64,000 bases of DNA from Planctomycetota bacterium (GTDB lineage Bacteria > Planctomycetota > MHYJ01 > JACPRB01), in NCBI GenBank assembly GCA_016209705.1, contig JACQVR010000094.1, positions 64-64,063 on the forward strand, written 5' to 3'. Positions within the stretch are counted from its first letter, which is position 1. Each line of letters opens with the position of its first letter. The translations under genes and the position numbers were made by a program. This document shows, piece by piece, positions 1 through 9,518 of the stretch. The notes under the pieces are model-generated. The model was given only the letters and a program-made list of their open reading frames with translations. It was not told the DNA's origin and did not search any database.

Positions 1-1393
1 CCCCTCCCAGCCCCGGCTCCGTCATCGGACGCAACTGAAACAGCTTCTCCGCCTGCTCCGGCGTGATCAGCTTCTTCTCGAGGGCGAGTTGCTTGACGCC
101 CATGCGGCGCCGGTACGCTTCCTTCGCCAGCTCCGCCGCCTTGTCGTAGCCGATGACCGGGTTCAGGATCGTCACCAGCGACAGACTCTTGTGCGCCAGT
201 TCCTCGCACCGCTCGGCATTGGCCTGGATGCCGCTCACGCAGCGCTTCGCGAATTGCAACGAGGATGCCGCCAGAAGGTCGACGGCCTGGAGCACGTTGT
301 GCGCCATCACGGGAATGAACACGTTCAGCTCCAACGCGCCGCCCTGCGCGGCGATCGTCACCGCCGCGTCGTTTCCGATGACTTGCGCCGCGACCTGCGT
401 CACGACCTCGCACAGCACCGGATTCACCTTGCCCGGCATGATCGACGAGCCCGGCTGAAGGTCGGGCAGCAGGATCTCGCCCAATCCACCCAACGGCCCG
501 GACCCCATCCAGCGCAGGTCGTTGGCGATTTTCATGAGGCCGCACGCCAGCCCCTTCAGCGCGCCGCTCACCATGAGGAGATCGTCGCGCGACCCTTGCG
601 CCTCGAAGTGGTCACGGGCTTCGCGAAGGTGAAGGCCCGTTTCGTTCGCCAGGAGCGCGCACACCCGGCGCGCAAATTCCGGATGCGCGTTCATCCCCGT
701 CCCCACCGCGGTGCCTCCCAACGCCAGCTCCCGCAGCGGCTCCGACACCCGGCGGATCTGCTCGCTCCCCTTGCGCACCTGCATCGCGTAGCCGCCGAAC
801 TCCTGGCCCAACCGCACGGGCACCGCATCCATCAAATGCGTGCGTCCGAGTTTGATGATCGAGTCGAACTCCTTCGCCTTCGTATCGAGCGCCGCGTGCA
901 GCCCGTCCAGCGCCGGGAATAGCTCTCCGTGCAACGCCAGAAGCGCCGAAAGATGCGCTGCCGACGGAATCATGTCGTTGGAGGACTGTCCCAAGTTGAC
1001 ATGATCGTTCGGGTGGACGGGTTTCTTGGTCCCTCGCTCGCCCCCCAGTTTCACGTTCGCCAGATTCGCGATCACTTCGTTCGCGTTCATGTTCGTGGAC
1101 GTGCCCGAGCCGGTCTGGAAGACGTCGAGGGGGAACTCCGCGTCCCACCGGCCGTCGGCGACCTCCCCCGCGGCCTCGGCGGTCGCGGCCGCCAGTTTCG
1201 CGTCCAGCAGTCCCAGGTCCCCGTTGACCCGCGCCGCCGCGCGCTTCAGCCGCGCCAGCGCCTCGATGAACCGCCGCGGGAACCGGAGCCCGCTGATCGG
1301 GAAGTTCTGGATCGCCCGCTGGGTCTGCGCACCCCACCATGCATCGTCCGGAACTTCGACCGATCCCATCGAATCCTTCTCGATCCGGGACAT
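1..1393 (-). CDS. fumC: Fumarate hydratase class II, essentially complete. Start is the ATG complementary to 1391-1393; the last few C-terminal codons run off the window.
   Basis: Minus-strand translation gives MSRIEKDSMGSVEVPDDAWWGAQTQR at the N-terminus. It also gives GSSIMPGKVNPV and LNPVIGYDKAAELAKEA, which are FumC-type rather than aspartase-type motifs. The gene is absent from the ORF track only because it runs off the edge. Confidence 0.85.
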   Translation of the reverse strand, partial: MSRIEKDSMGSVEVPDDAWWGAQTQRAIQNFPISGLRFPRRFIEALARLKRAAARVNGDLGLLDAKLAAATAEAAGEVADGRWDAEFPLDVFQTGSGTSTNMNANEVIANLANVKLGGERGTKKPVHPNDHVNLGQSSNDMIPSAAHLSALLALHGELFPALDGLHAALDTKAKEFDSIIKLGRTHLMDAVPVRLGQEFGGYAMQVRKGSEQIRRVSEPLRELALGGTAVGTGMNAHPEFARRVCALLANETGLHLREARDHFEAQGSRDDLLMVSGALKGLACGLMKIANDLRWMGSGPLGGLGEILLPDLQPGSSIMPGKVNPVLCEVVTQVAAQVIGNDAAVTIAAQGGALELNVFIPVMAHNVLQAVDLLAASSLQFAKRCVSGIQANAERCEELAHKSLSLVTILNPVIGYDKAAELAKEAYRRRMGVKQLALEKKLITPEQAEKLFQLRPMTEPGLGG

Positions 1394-1443
1394 GTGCTCC
1401 TCCATCAAACGGGGCCGCCCATGATACAATCGAGATCGCCCGC

Positions 1444-2487
1444 ATGTCCGCAAAGACCATGACAAACCTCGACGAGTATCGCGCGGTCCGTGACGGAGCC
1501 GGAATCTCCCGCATCGGCTGGCGCGGCGTTCTCGAGCTCACGGGGCGCGATCGGGTGCGGTTTCTCCACAATCTCAGCACGAACGACGTGCTCCTGCTCG
1601 CGACGGGACGGCCGGGCGCCTCCTTCGCCAAAGGCGAGCGACTCGACCTTTCCAGGACCAAGGCGGGTCCGGGCCATTACAACACGCTCGCCAATCGCCA
1701 AGGCAAGCTGGTGGCGGAGTTCAAGGTGCGGATGCTGGAAGACCGCATCTGGCTCGACATCGATCGCGCCGCCCTTCCCGCCGCGATGGACGCGTTGGGC
1801 GGGATGATCATCATGGACGACGTGACACTCGCGGATCGAACGGCGGACTTCGCGCTTCTGCGCCTCGACGGGCCGAAGGCGCGCGACGTGCTGGCCAAGG
1901 CGGCCGGCCCCGTGGCCGACCTGCCTGAGTTTCAATTTTCGATGATCGAGGACCTGCTCGTTTCTCCTTTTTCGCTGATCGGCATGCCGGGATACGACCT
2001 CCAGATCGCCGCCAGCCGTGCCTCGGACGTCTTCGAACGGCTCGCCGCCGCCGGGTCGCGCGAAATCGGCGAGGACGTTCTCGAGACGCTCCGCATCGAG
2101 CACGGCTTCCCCCGATGGGGCGTGGATCTCGACTCGACGATGCTTCCCTTGGAATCCGGCTTGGAGCCCATCGCGGTCAGCTTCACCAAAGGATGCTATC
2201 TCGGCCAGGAAGTGATTCAGCGCGTGAAGACGTACTCGGAGGCCCCGCGCCAGATGGTGCAGCTCGTTCTCGAGACTTCGGAGATCCCGGCCTCCAAGGA
2301 AATCCGCGTGGACCATTCGGCCGCCGGTCGCGTCACGAGCGTGGCGTACTCGCCGCGCTGGAAACGCGCCGTCGCCTTGGGGCTGATTCGCAAGGAACAC
2401 CAGGCGCCGGGAACCCGCGTGACGATCGGCGCTGACGTTCCGGCGGAAGTCCGTGCCCTTCCGTGGCACTCCGGCGCGCGCGCCTGA
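1444..2487 (+). CDS. ygfZ: YgfZ/GcvT-family folate-binding protein (tRNA-modifying YgfZ-like).
   Basis: The KGCYLGQE hallmark is present near the C-terminus, with an aminomethyltransferase-like fold signature. The start was chosen at ATG 1444 because the upstream part of ORF 1339 overlaps the fumC start. Confidence 0.7.
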   Translation: MSAKTMTNLDEYRAVRDGAGISRIGWRGVLELTGRDRVRFLHNLSTNDVLLLATGRPGASFAKGERLDLSRTKAGPGHYNTLANRQGKLVAEFKVRMLEDRIWLDIDRAALPAAMDALGGMIIMDDVTLADRTADFALLRLDGPKARDVLAKAAGPVADLPEFQFSMIEDLLVSPFSLIGMPGYDLQIAASRASDVFERLAAAGSREIGEDVLETLRIEHGFPRWGVDLDSTMLPLESGLEPIAVSFTKGCYLGQEVIQRVKTYSEAPRQMVQLVLETSEIPASKEIRVDHSAAGRVTSVAYSPRWKRAVALGLIRKEHQAPGTRVTIGADVPAEVRALPWHSGARA

Positions 2488-2988
2488 TTATTTCTTCTTT
2501 TCCCCGTCCTTTTCTTGCGACGGCTCCACGAACGAGACGTCGTGCTTCTTGAGGATGTCCCGGAACTTGGCTTCCAGCTCCGCGGCGGACGTCACGCCCT
2601 TTCTCCCGCGATAGGGAATCGCCTCGTGGATTTTCTTGTCGGGTGAGACGAGCCACAGGATCTGTCCGCCGTTCCAGCCGTCGGTCTCTTTCCAGAGCTC
2701 CGGCTCGATTTTTTCGCCCTTCTTGCGGGGCGTCCGGGGATGCCACGTCAGGACGGGGTAGAAATTCGTTTCGATGACCTTCTTGATCCGTTCGTCGAGA
2801 AGCGAACCGTTCTCGAATTTCTGGCAGGACGGTCAGCGCGGCCATTCTTTGTAGATGAGGACCCATCGCGACGTCTTCTCGTCCTGGGCCTTCTCGAAGG
2901 CCTCCTCGGACGACATCCATTTGATCTCGTCGATCCGATCGCCCGCGGCGACCGCCGCCGCCATGCCCAACCAGAGCATCGTCTTCAT
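2488..2988 (-). CDS. Secreted thioredoxin-fold (Thioredoxin_7/DsbD-gamma-like) protein with an in-frame TGA (complement 2833-2835) at the first position of a U-P-S-C (UxxC) redox motif. Candidate selenoprotein.
   Basis: The gene starts at ATG 2988, preceded by a GGGGG RBS, and encodes a signal peptide MKTMLWLGMAAAVAAG. Translation continues ...IKWMSSEEAFEKAQDEKTSRWVLIYKEWPR-TGA-PSCQKFENGSLLDERIKK... through to TAA at 2488. The segment after the TGA has no start codon of its own. Confidence 0.55.
2795..2816 (-). promoter_or_regulatory. Candidate bacterial SECIS hairpin, 16 nt downstream of the TGA at 2833-2835.
   Basis: Sense strand reads UCGAGAA-CGGUUCGC-UUCUCGA. This is a 7-bp perfect stem whose apical loop contains GGUUC. 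Confidence 0.4.
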
Positions 2989-3157
2989 GATCTACCCCCT
3001 TGAAGTCGTTTCTGGTTATACGGGCGAACTCCGGGATGCGCGCCAAAAGACTTTTCCCCCTGACGAGGGACGCGGGACTTGGGGGGTGGAACGGGCACCT
3101 TCGTCGACTTCGCTCAAGGCACGTCGCCCGCCGGGAAGCCGCTTTTCTTGCGGCGAC

Positions 3158-3976
3158 TCAAACTTCAATGTGCTCCGCGCCGGTGTAGATGTTGAACGCG
3201 TCGGCGCGCAGGAAGCCGACCAGCGTCATCCCGGCCTGCTGGGCTATTTCGACGGCGAGGCTGGACGGCGCCGACACGGCGCAGACGGCGGAGATGCCCG
3301 CCATCATCGCTTTCTGCATGATCTCGAAGCTCGCGCGGCCGCTGACCATGAGGATGTGGCGGTCGAGCGGCACTCTCCCGTTAAGAAACATGGAACCGAT
3401 CGCCTTGTCCGTGGCGTTGTGCCGCCCGATATCTTCCCGCAGGACGAGCAGCGTACCGTGCGCGTCGAAGATCCCCGCCGCGTGAAGGCCGCCGGTGCGC
3501 TCGAACACGGTTTGAGCCTTGCGCAAGGTCTGCCCCAGGGAATAGAAAAACTCCAGCTTCAACCTCAGCTTGGAATTGGTCGGCTTCACTTCCATCTTGA
3601 TGTTTTCGATGGCCGCCTTTCCGCAGATGCCGCAGGAGCTCGTCGCGTAGAAGTTCCGCTTGAGCCGGGAGAGATCCACGGAAACGCCGGCCGCCGGCGT
3701 CACGTTGACGATGTTGCGCAGATCCGGATGCTTTTCGTCCTGGCAATACCGCAAGGCGCCGATGTCGTCGGGTGACTTCAGAATTCCTTCGGTGAACAGG
3801 AATCCGGCGGCCAGATCGAAATCTTCACCCGGCGTGCGCATGGTCACGACGACGGGTTCGTCATTGACGCGAACTTCCAGCGGCTCCTCGACGGCGAGCT
3901 CGTCGAGGTCCTGCTCGTGAGGTATGCCCTGCTCGATCTTCCGAGTGCCGTGCCGGGCGATGCGCGGTGACGTCAT
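3158..3976 (-). CDS. fdhD: Formate dehydrogenase accessory sulfurtransferase FdhD.
   Basis: A GRHNATDKAIG motif is present. The size and sequence are typical of the FdhD/NarQ family. Confidence 0.85.
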   Translation of the reverse strand: MTSPRIARHGTRKIEQGIPHEQDLDELAVEEPLEVRVNDEPVVVTMRTPGEDFDLAAGFLFTEGILKSPDDIGALRYCQDEKHPDLRNIVNVTPAAGVSVDLSRLKRNFYATSSCGICGKAAIENIKMEVKPTNSKLRLKLEFFYSLGQTLRKAQTVFERTGGLHAAGIFDAHGTLLVLREDIGRHNATDKAIGSMFLNGRVPLDRHILMVSGRASFEIMQKAMMAGISAVCAVSAPSSLAVEIAQQAGMTLVGFLRADAFNIYTGAEHIEV

Positions 3977-3996
3977 GTGTTCTCCCGCGCGCCATT

Positions 3997-6246
3997 CTAA
4001 TCAATCTTGGAAATGTCCACCACTACGTTGTAGTCGGGTTCGCACGACACGGGATCGTACCGGCGCGGAATGAGCACGTTCGCTTCCGGCCAATGCAGTT
4101 GCAACGTTCGAGGCCGCACGGGCGCGATGAAGACGCGGCCCATGAACTCGCCGGCACCCGAGCGCAGCCTGACCCGGTCGCCTTCGACGCATCCCAGCTC
4201 GCGCGCGTCTTCGGCGCACATGAAGACTGCCTCGCGGGCCGCCCGTCCCGTCAAAGGATCCCGCCGCGACTGGACCATCGAATTGAATTGCTTGCCGCGC
4301 CGCGTCGTGACCTGGAACTTGCCCTCCGGCAGATCCCGCCTCGGAATCTCCTGGACCCACATCCGGGCGCGTCCCCCGGGCATGCGGTCGAACGTTCCGC
4401 CTTCGAACAGGCGTTCGCCCCCCCATTGGACCGAATCCCCTTCGTTCCGGAGCGACGCGACGCCCTTGTAGAACGGAACCGCCCGCTCGATCTCCTCGCG
4501 CACTTCCTGCGGATGGCGATACGGGACCAGCCGCTCGAACCGGGGATCGACCTTCCGCGCCAGAAGGACGGGGATCTCCCACTCCGCTTTCGCCTCGCCG
4601 ACGCGCGGGCCGGGAACTTCGGGACTGAAGCGGATGCGCCGCTCCGTCGACGTCGCCGTGCAGCCGCCCGGCTGCTCGTAGCGGGTCATCGCCGGCAGGA
4701 GCACGACCAGATCGCCGTCCAGGAGGGTCGAGGTATTCACCACGATGTCTTGGTGCAGGCGCACGCCGATCCGGCCGATCGCTTCGCGGACGTAACGGCG
4801 GTCGGGCATCGTCTCGAGAAGGTTGCCCCCGATGTTGTACAGAAAATCGATCCGTCCCTCATGGGCGGCCTCGATCATGTGCGGCGTCGCCAACCCCCGG
4901 CGCGCGGGCACCGGAGCGCCCCACAGCGATTCCAGTTCCTTCGCCGATTCCGCGGTGATCGGGCGGCCGCCGGGGAACTTGTCCGGAGCCAGTCCCACCT
5001 CCGCGCCGCCCTGCACGCCGCTGTGGCCGCGGATGGCCATGACGCCGCACTTCTCGCGGCCCACCATGCCGCGCGCCAGCGCCAGCGTGCCGATGGAGCG
5101 GACGTTCCGGACGCCGAACTCGGATTGCGTCAGACCCATGCTGTAGACGAAGACGGCGGTCTCGGCCTCCTTGTAGATGGAGGCGAAGCGCGCCATCTCG
5201 GACCGCGGAAGTCCGCTCTCGCGCTCGAGTTCTTCCCACGCCATCGCGTCGAGCCGGGCCATGGACTCCTCGACGCCGGCGCCGTGGCGCTGGAGGAAAT
5301 CGAGGCGGAAGCCGTACATCTCCTTCAGCGCCTTGAGCGTTCCGTTCGCGAACGCGATGTCGCCGCCGATGCGGACGGCATAGTAATCGTCCATGAGGCG
5401 GGTGCCGAAGAGCGCGCTGCCCGCCACCGAGGGCACCCAGTATTTCTCCAGCCCGGGCTCGCGAAACGGGTTGACGACCGCCACCCGCGTGCCCTGCTTC
5501 TTCGCGTAATGGATGTACTTGGTCGTGACCGGCTGGTTGTTGGCCAGGTTCGTGCCCCACAGCACGAGCAGGTCGGTCCCGATGAAATCTTTCAGCGAGC
5601 AGTTCGGCGCGCCGACGCCGAAGATGTCCGCCAAACCGTAGGTGGACGGCGCGTGGCACAGGCGGGCACAGTAGTCGACATGCGGGCTTCCCAGCAGCCG
5701 CGCCACCTTCTGGAAGGTGTAGTAGGCCTCGTTGGTCAGACCGCGGGACGTGGCGAACCACGCCATGCGATCGGGATCGGTCTTCCGGAGTCGTTCCGCG
5801 ACGGTCTCGAGGGCTTCGTCCCAGGATACGCGGCGGAATCCGCGCTCCCCGCGCCGCCGCACGAAGGGATACGGCACGCGGCCGAGCGCCTGGAGCTCTT
5901 CATTGCGCAGCTTCCGAAGCGCCTCGACGTCCTCGAGCACGGCGGGGTCGAAGGCCGGCATCGTATTGAGGCGCAGGAGCCGAAGCCTCGTGGTGCACAG
6001 ATGGACGCCGTTGATGACGTCGTCCTTGAGCCCGTACGGACCCAGCGAGCAGCCGTCGCAGACGCCGTGGCGCAGGATGTTCCACGCGTACTTCAGGCTG
6101 TCGCGGTTCTCCCACGCGACCTTGAGCATTTCCGTGAAATGGCGCGGCTTGCGGCGGGCGCCGATGCCGAATGGCAGCGCTTCCAGGAACGTCCGGGTCG
6201 GCTTTTGGAGCGGCCGTTCCGGCGGCGGTCCGATGCGGGGATTCAT
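3997..6246 (-). CDS. Molybdopterin oxidoreductase alpha subunit, FdhF/YdeP family, Cys-type.
   Basis: The N-terminal Cys cluster reads HGVCDGCSLGP. The active-site region reads RLCHAPS, corresponding to E. coli FdhH V-U-HGPS but with Cys instead of Sec. The preferred start is ATG 6246 (MNPRIGPP); the track start at 6288 is TTG. Confidence 0.8.
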   Translation of the reverse strand: MNPRIGPPPERPLQKPTRTFLEALPFGIGARRKPRHFTEMLKVAWENRDSLKYAWNILRHGVCDGCSLGPYGLKDDVINGVHLCTTRLRLLRLNTMPAFDPAVLEDVEALRKLRNEELQALGRVPYPFVRRRGERGFRRVSWDEALETVAERLRKTDPDRMAWFATSRGLTNEAYYTFQKVARLLGSPHVDYCARLCHAPSTYGLADIFGVGAPNCSLKDFIGTDLLVLWGTNLANNQPVTTKYIHYAKKQGTRVAVVNPFREPGLEKYWVPSVAGSALFGTRLMDDYYAVRIGGDIAFANGTLKALKEMYGFRLDFLQRHGAGVEESMARLDAMAWEELERESGLPRSEMARFASIYKEAETAVFVYSMGLTQSEFGVRNVRSIGTLALARGMVGREKCGVMAIRGHSGVQGGAEVGLAPDKFPGGRPITAESAKELESLWGAPVPARRGLATPHMIEAAHEGRIDFLYNIGGNLLETMPDRRYVREAIGRIGVRLHQDIVVNTSTLLDGDLVVLLPAMTRYEQPGGCTATSTERRIRFSPEVPGPRVGEAKAEWEIPVLLARKVDPRFERLVPYRHPQEVREEIERAVPFYKGVASLRNEGDSVQWGGERLFEGGTFDRMPGGRARMWVQEIPRRDLPEGKFQVTTRRGKQFNSMVQSRRDPLTGRAAREAVFMCAEDARELGCVEGDRVRLRSGAGEFMGRVFIAPVRPRTLQLHWPEANVLIPRRYDPVSCEPDYNVVVDISKID

Positions 6247-6273
6247 AACGCAATTGTAAGAATCACCTTCAGA

Positions 6274-6298
6274 ACCACCAAGGCACAAGGTTGGTGGT
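6274..6298. repeat. Small hairpin ACCACCAAGGCACAAGGTTGGTGGT (8-bp stem). The CACCAAGG motif family is shared with the MITE-like element at 18515-18718.
   Basis: A perfect inverted repeat accaccaa/ttggtggt with a 9-nt loop. It lies in the divergent intergenic region between ydeP and the antitoxin gene. Confidence 0.4.
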
Positions 6299-6364
6299 GA
6301 AGAATGATCCGGGGTAAACGTTCATCTTGATCCTCGTCCCGAATGGTTATAACATAGTTCTTAT

Positions 6365-6604
6365 ATGATTCGCACGCAACGCATCCAAAAGGTCGGCAAC
6401 AGCGCGGCCGTGCTGCTGCCCAAGGATTGGCTGCGGGGGCACCGTCTTCGAGCGGGGGCCAAGGTGACGGTCGAGGTCTCTGAGACCCGGCTGACCATCT
6501 ATCCCGAGCTGCAGGAGCGCGAAATCCGTGTCAACGCCGAATTCGGCCGCAGGGTGGACCGTTTTCTTCGAAAGCATCGAGCCATCCTGAAACGGCTGTC
6601 CTGA
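6365..6604 (+). CDS. AbrB/MazE/SpoVT-type antitoxin.
   Basis: Contains KVGNSAAVLLPK, a looped-hinge-helix signature. It is 79 aa and its stop overlaps the start of the Doc toxin gene. Confidence 0.75.
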   Translation: MIRTQRIQKVGNSAAVLLPKDWLRGHRLRAGAKVTVEVSETRLTIYPELQEREIRVNAEFGRRVDRFLRKHRAILKRLS

Positions 6605-6993
6605 TGCCGATCTTCTACCCCCCGGCCGTGGCCTTGCTCTATCTCCACGAGCAAGTCATCCGCGAATTCGGAGGATCCGGCGGATTGCGGGACCGCGGAG
6701 CTCTCGAAGGCGCAGCCGCTCGTCCCCGCGCGACGTTCGGCGGCCACCCCTTGTACGCGACGCTCCCCGAAAAGGCGGCGGCGCTCCTCGAGTCGATTTG
6801 CGTCAATCATCCTTTTGTCGACGGAAACAAACGCGTCGCGTTTTCCGCCGCGGGTCTTTTTCTCCAATACAACGGCCGCACGCTTGCGTGCGAAGAGGAC
6901 GAGGCGGTCGAATTCATGCTCGGCGTCGCGGCGGGGAAGCTCAGGAAAGAAGAGATCCGCATCTGGCTCCAGGAACACTCCCGCCCGCTCTGA
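6604..6993 (+). CDS. doc: Doc (death-on-curing) family toxin with a Fic-fold kinase.
   Basis: The HPFVDGNKRVA motif is present. It is 129 aa and translationally coupled (TGATG) to the upstream antitoxin. Confidence 0.85.
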   Translation: MPIFYPPAVALLYLHEQVIREFGGSGGLRDRGALEGAAARPRATFGGHPLYATLPEKAAALLESICVNHPFVDGNKRVAFSAAGLFLQYNGRTLACEEDEAVEFMLGVAAGKLRKEEIRIWLQEHSRPL

Positions 6994-7012
6994 GAGCGCT
7001 GCGAAAGTCCAT

Positions 7013-8409
7013 TCAACGGTCGACCTTGAAGTCCTGAGCGATGACGTTGTACCCCTTCGCGGCATCCCAGGTCTGCTCGTTGGCGAGCCGGATGGCGTAC
7101 TCGGGCCGGTGCCGCAGAGCGTCGGCCTCGTCGGGCAGCCACAACGCGAGGAGATAGACGCCGGCCGGCACGAGCGCTTGGAGGCCGGCCTCGATCTTGA
7201 TGTCGCCCGGCCGCCACGTTCGGGGATCCTCGGAGTCAAGTCGGACCTCGTATCGGCGGATCTGGTTCTCCAGAACAAGGTACACCGGGCGAGCGTTATA
7301 CGGCGCGGCGAATCCGTCGTTGCGCATGCGGATGGAAAGGTAGGCGGTATCTCCGGAGCGTACGGAGGCGGGCATCTCGGAATCCACGAACATGAAGCGG
7401 TATCCCAGGCGCGAGCGGATCTCGGGCATAACCCCCTGTTCCTGCCAGGAGGCCAGAACCTCGGCGTGATAATGGGCGTTGACGAATGACCAATTCAGCC
7501 GCCTCATTTCGTGGATGGCGTTCGGGCCGTCGCTGCGCGGCGGATTATAGTTGGCGGTCTCTCCACCGACCGGAAGGTATCGGGAATCCTGGGCCAGCCA
7601 ATCCTTCCAATCTTCGACGGGCGAAGGGTACGTTCCATAATCGGTGCTGCTGGCCAGAAAGGCGTCGTTGTGATGGCCGGTGCGGGCGCGGCGACTTCCA
7701 TCGTGCCCTTCCGATTTCGTGAGCGCCCCGGCTTCGAAAATCTCGTTCTTGAAGTTCGGTTTCCGGATTTGAACCATGCGAGAGGGAGGCAAGGCGTCCA
7801 GGAGAGCGAACAGAATATCCCGCCGGTCTCTGACGTTGTCCAGGCCGTTCGTGGAGCCGTGCCACTCTCCCCACGCGCCGATGAATCCGGCCTGAAGGAC
7901 GGCGATCACGTCGGCGTGCTCCCAGAGGAGACCGGTCAGTTGAGCGATGTGCCCCAGCACGCGATCCTTCGGCGCGTCCGGATCCCCGATGTACGAACTG
8001 TAATAGAAGCAAGGATCACCTTGATTCCGGCGGCGCGAACCGCGTCCAGACCCGCAGAAACCTTGTTGATGAAGGCGGGATCGATATCGGCGGCGCGATA
8101 AGACTTCAGGTTCACTCCCGCATAGGCGAGAGATCGCCCTCTTTGGCGGACGAACGCGAAATCGCGGTCGTTGACGAGGTCGATCCAATCGAAGAACCCC
8201 CGCTCCGGATTGACGATCTCCTCCGCCGTCGCCTCATATGTGCGCAAGACAAGCGCTTCGCCCAGCGGGAGGAATGGATTGAAATCCGGAAGCATCGGGT
8301 CGCCGGCCGCTCGATGGGCCACGCCAAGCGGGGTTTGGCCAGAGTCGCAACCGACCGCAGCGAGTGAAATCCCAAGCAGGAGGAACGCGGAAATACAACG
8401 ACAGGGCAC
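7013..8409 (-). pseudogene. DUF4874/DUF4832-type glycoside-hydrolase-like lipoprotein interrupted by a frameshift near 8015-8035.
   Basis: The N-terminal frame carries a lipoprotein signal (LLLGISLAAVGC) and ...RAAGIKVIL. The C-terminal frame continues (C)FYYSSYIGDPDAP...FIGAWGEWH. A single missing nucleotide in ATCCTTGCTTC would restore KVILRFYY, matching the family consensus. Confidence 0.55.
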
Positions 8410-8603
8410 GGCGGGTGGCGTGTCCTTTCCTACCGGCTCACGGTACGGGTCCCGGATCGCGGCCCCTGAAGCCTAACCTTCAGACAGTCGGAGGCCGAAT
8501 GAAAGGACCTAATCTTGGCAAATCCCTCGGGGTTGTCAATAGCGAAAAAGCGCCGGGGGGACGATTTTCTCTTGACAGGGCGGCGCGTCCCCGGCCTCTA
8601 TTG

Positions 8604-8631
8604 AAAATAGATTTCAATGAAAATGGATTTC
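8604..8631. promoter_or_regulatory. Fur-box-like AT-rich dyad immediately upstream of fur.
   Basis: Sequence AAAATAGATTTCAATGAAAATGGATTTC resembles GATAATGATAATCATTATC-type Fur boxes. It is an AT island in a 68% GC genome, and TTGACA lies just upstream. Confidence 0.4.
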
Positions 8632-8637
8632 ACATAG

Positions 8638-9138
8638 ATGACCCGGGGCATCGGACGGCAAATGGATTCCTTCAAGCGTGCGCTCGGCGACCTGGGACTC
8701 GAGGCCACGCCTCAGCGGCTCGCGATCGGCGAGGCCGCATTCACCGTCCGCCCTCATTTCACCGTGGAAGAGCTCTTCCAGCGCGTTCGGAAGCGCGAGC
8801 CCCGCATCGGTCGCGTCACGGTCTACCGGACGCTCAAGGTGATGATGCAGGCCAGGCTCGTCGAAGAACGTCCCTTTCGCAAGGGCGGCATGCTGTACGA
8901 ACCCATGGCCGGCCATCGCCACCATGATCACATGCTGTGCCTTCGCTGCGGCAAGATCATCGAATTCGAGAACGAGCGGATCGAGCAGGAACAGGCCCGC
9001 GCGGCCGCCCGGCACCGCTTCCAGATCCTCACCCACAGCCATACGCTGTTCGGGTATTGCCGGAACTGCCGGAAATCCTGCTGCTCGACGCGGGGAGCCG
9101 GTCCGGGAGAATGCGGGAGGAACGGCCGAGAACGGTGA
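8638..9138 (+). CDS. fur: Fur family metalloregulator.
   Basis: HHDHMLCLRCGKIIEF and a winged-helix N-terminus are present. Alternative start ATG 8662. Confidence 0.85.
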   Translation: MTRGIGRQMDSFKRALGDLGLEATPQRLAIGEAAFTVRPHFTVEELFQRVRKREPRIGRVTVYRTLKVMMQARLVEERPFRKGGMLYEPMAGHRHHDHMLCLRCGKIIEFENERIEQEQARAAARHRFQILTHSHTLFGYCRNCRKSCCSTRGAGPGECGRNGRER

Positions 9139-9161
9139 CTCTTTCTTTTTTTGGTCTGTAG

Positions 9162-9178
9162 TTGAGACTGAGTCTCAA
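9162..9178. promoter_or_regulatory. Perfect 17-bp palindrome TTGAGACTGAGTCTCAA upstream of hemP.
   Basis: TTGAGACT/AGTCTCAA is self-complementary. It lies between fur and hemP and is not GC-rich, so it is unlikely to be a terminator. Confidence 0.4.
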
Positions 9179-9209
9179 TAAGGATTCATCGAGGGAACGC
9201 GTGTCGGCG

Positions 9210-9389
9210 ATGGAAGACAAGCATTCACCGAGACGGGATGCGCCTCGGATCACCGCCTCGGGTTCAACCCGCAAAGTGGTGCGGGTCGAGGAACTCCTCA
9301 ACGGCGTCCAGGAAGCGATCTTGAACCACGGGGGAGAGGAATACCGATTAAGGATCACCCGAAATGGAAAGCTGATTTTGACGAAGTAG
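9210..9389 (+). CDS. hemP: Hemin uptake protein HemP (small).
   Basis: The C-terminus reads HGGEEYRLRITRNGKLILTK, the HemP family signature. An RBS GAGGGA lies upstream. Confidence 0.7.
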   Translation: MEDKHSPRRDAPRITASGSTRKVVRVEELLNGVQEAILNHGGEEYRLRITRNGKLILTK

Positions 9390-9518
9390 CCGTTTCCACC
9401 CCAGCCAGCCACCCACCGGTAGCCAGCCAGGGACGACAAGGTTCGCGCCCTGGCTTTTTTTATGGCCTCGAAAGCGCGGAAGAAACGCGATGGAGTCCTT
9501 TCGGATCGAGGTGCAAAG

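Noticed and set aside
89-1661. Long ORFs 89..922(+), 153..458(+), 612..1661(-) and 929..1462(+).
   Set aside because: They are antisense or off-frame to the clearly conserved fumC gene. Arg/Ala/Pro-rich low-complexity translations are typical of GC-rich shadow ORFs.
3967-6300. 777-aa plus-strand ORF, with other nested ORFs across 4000-6300.
   Set aside because: It is antisense to the YdeP/FdhF-family gene, whose translation carries the conserved Mo-bisPGD motifs. The plus-strand product is low-complexity.
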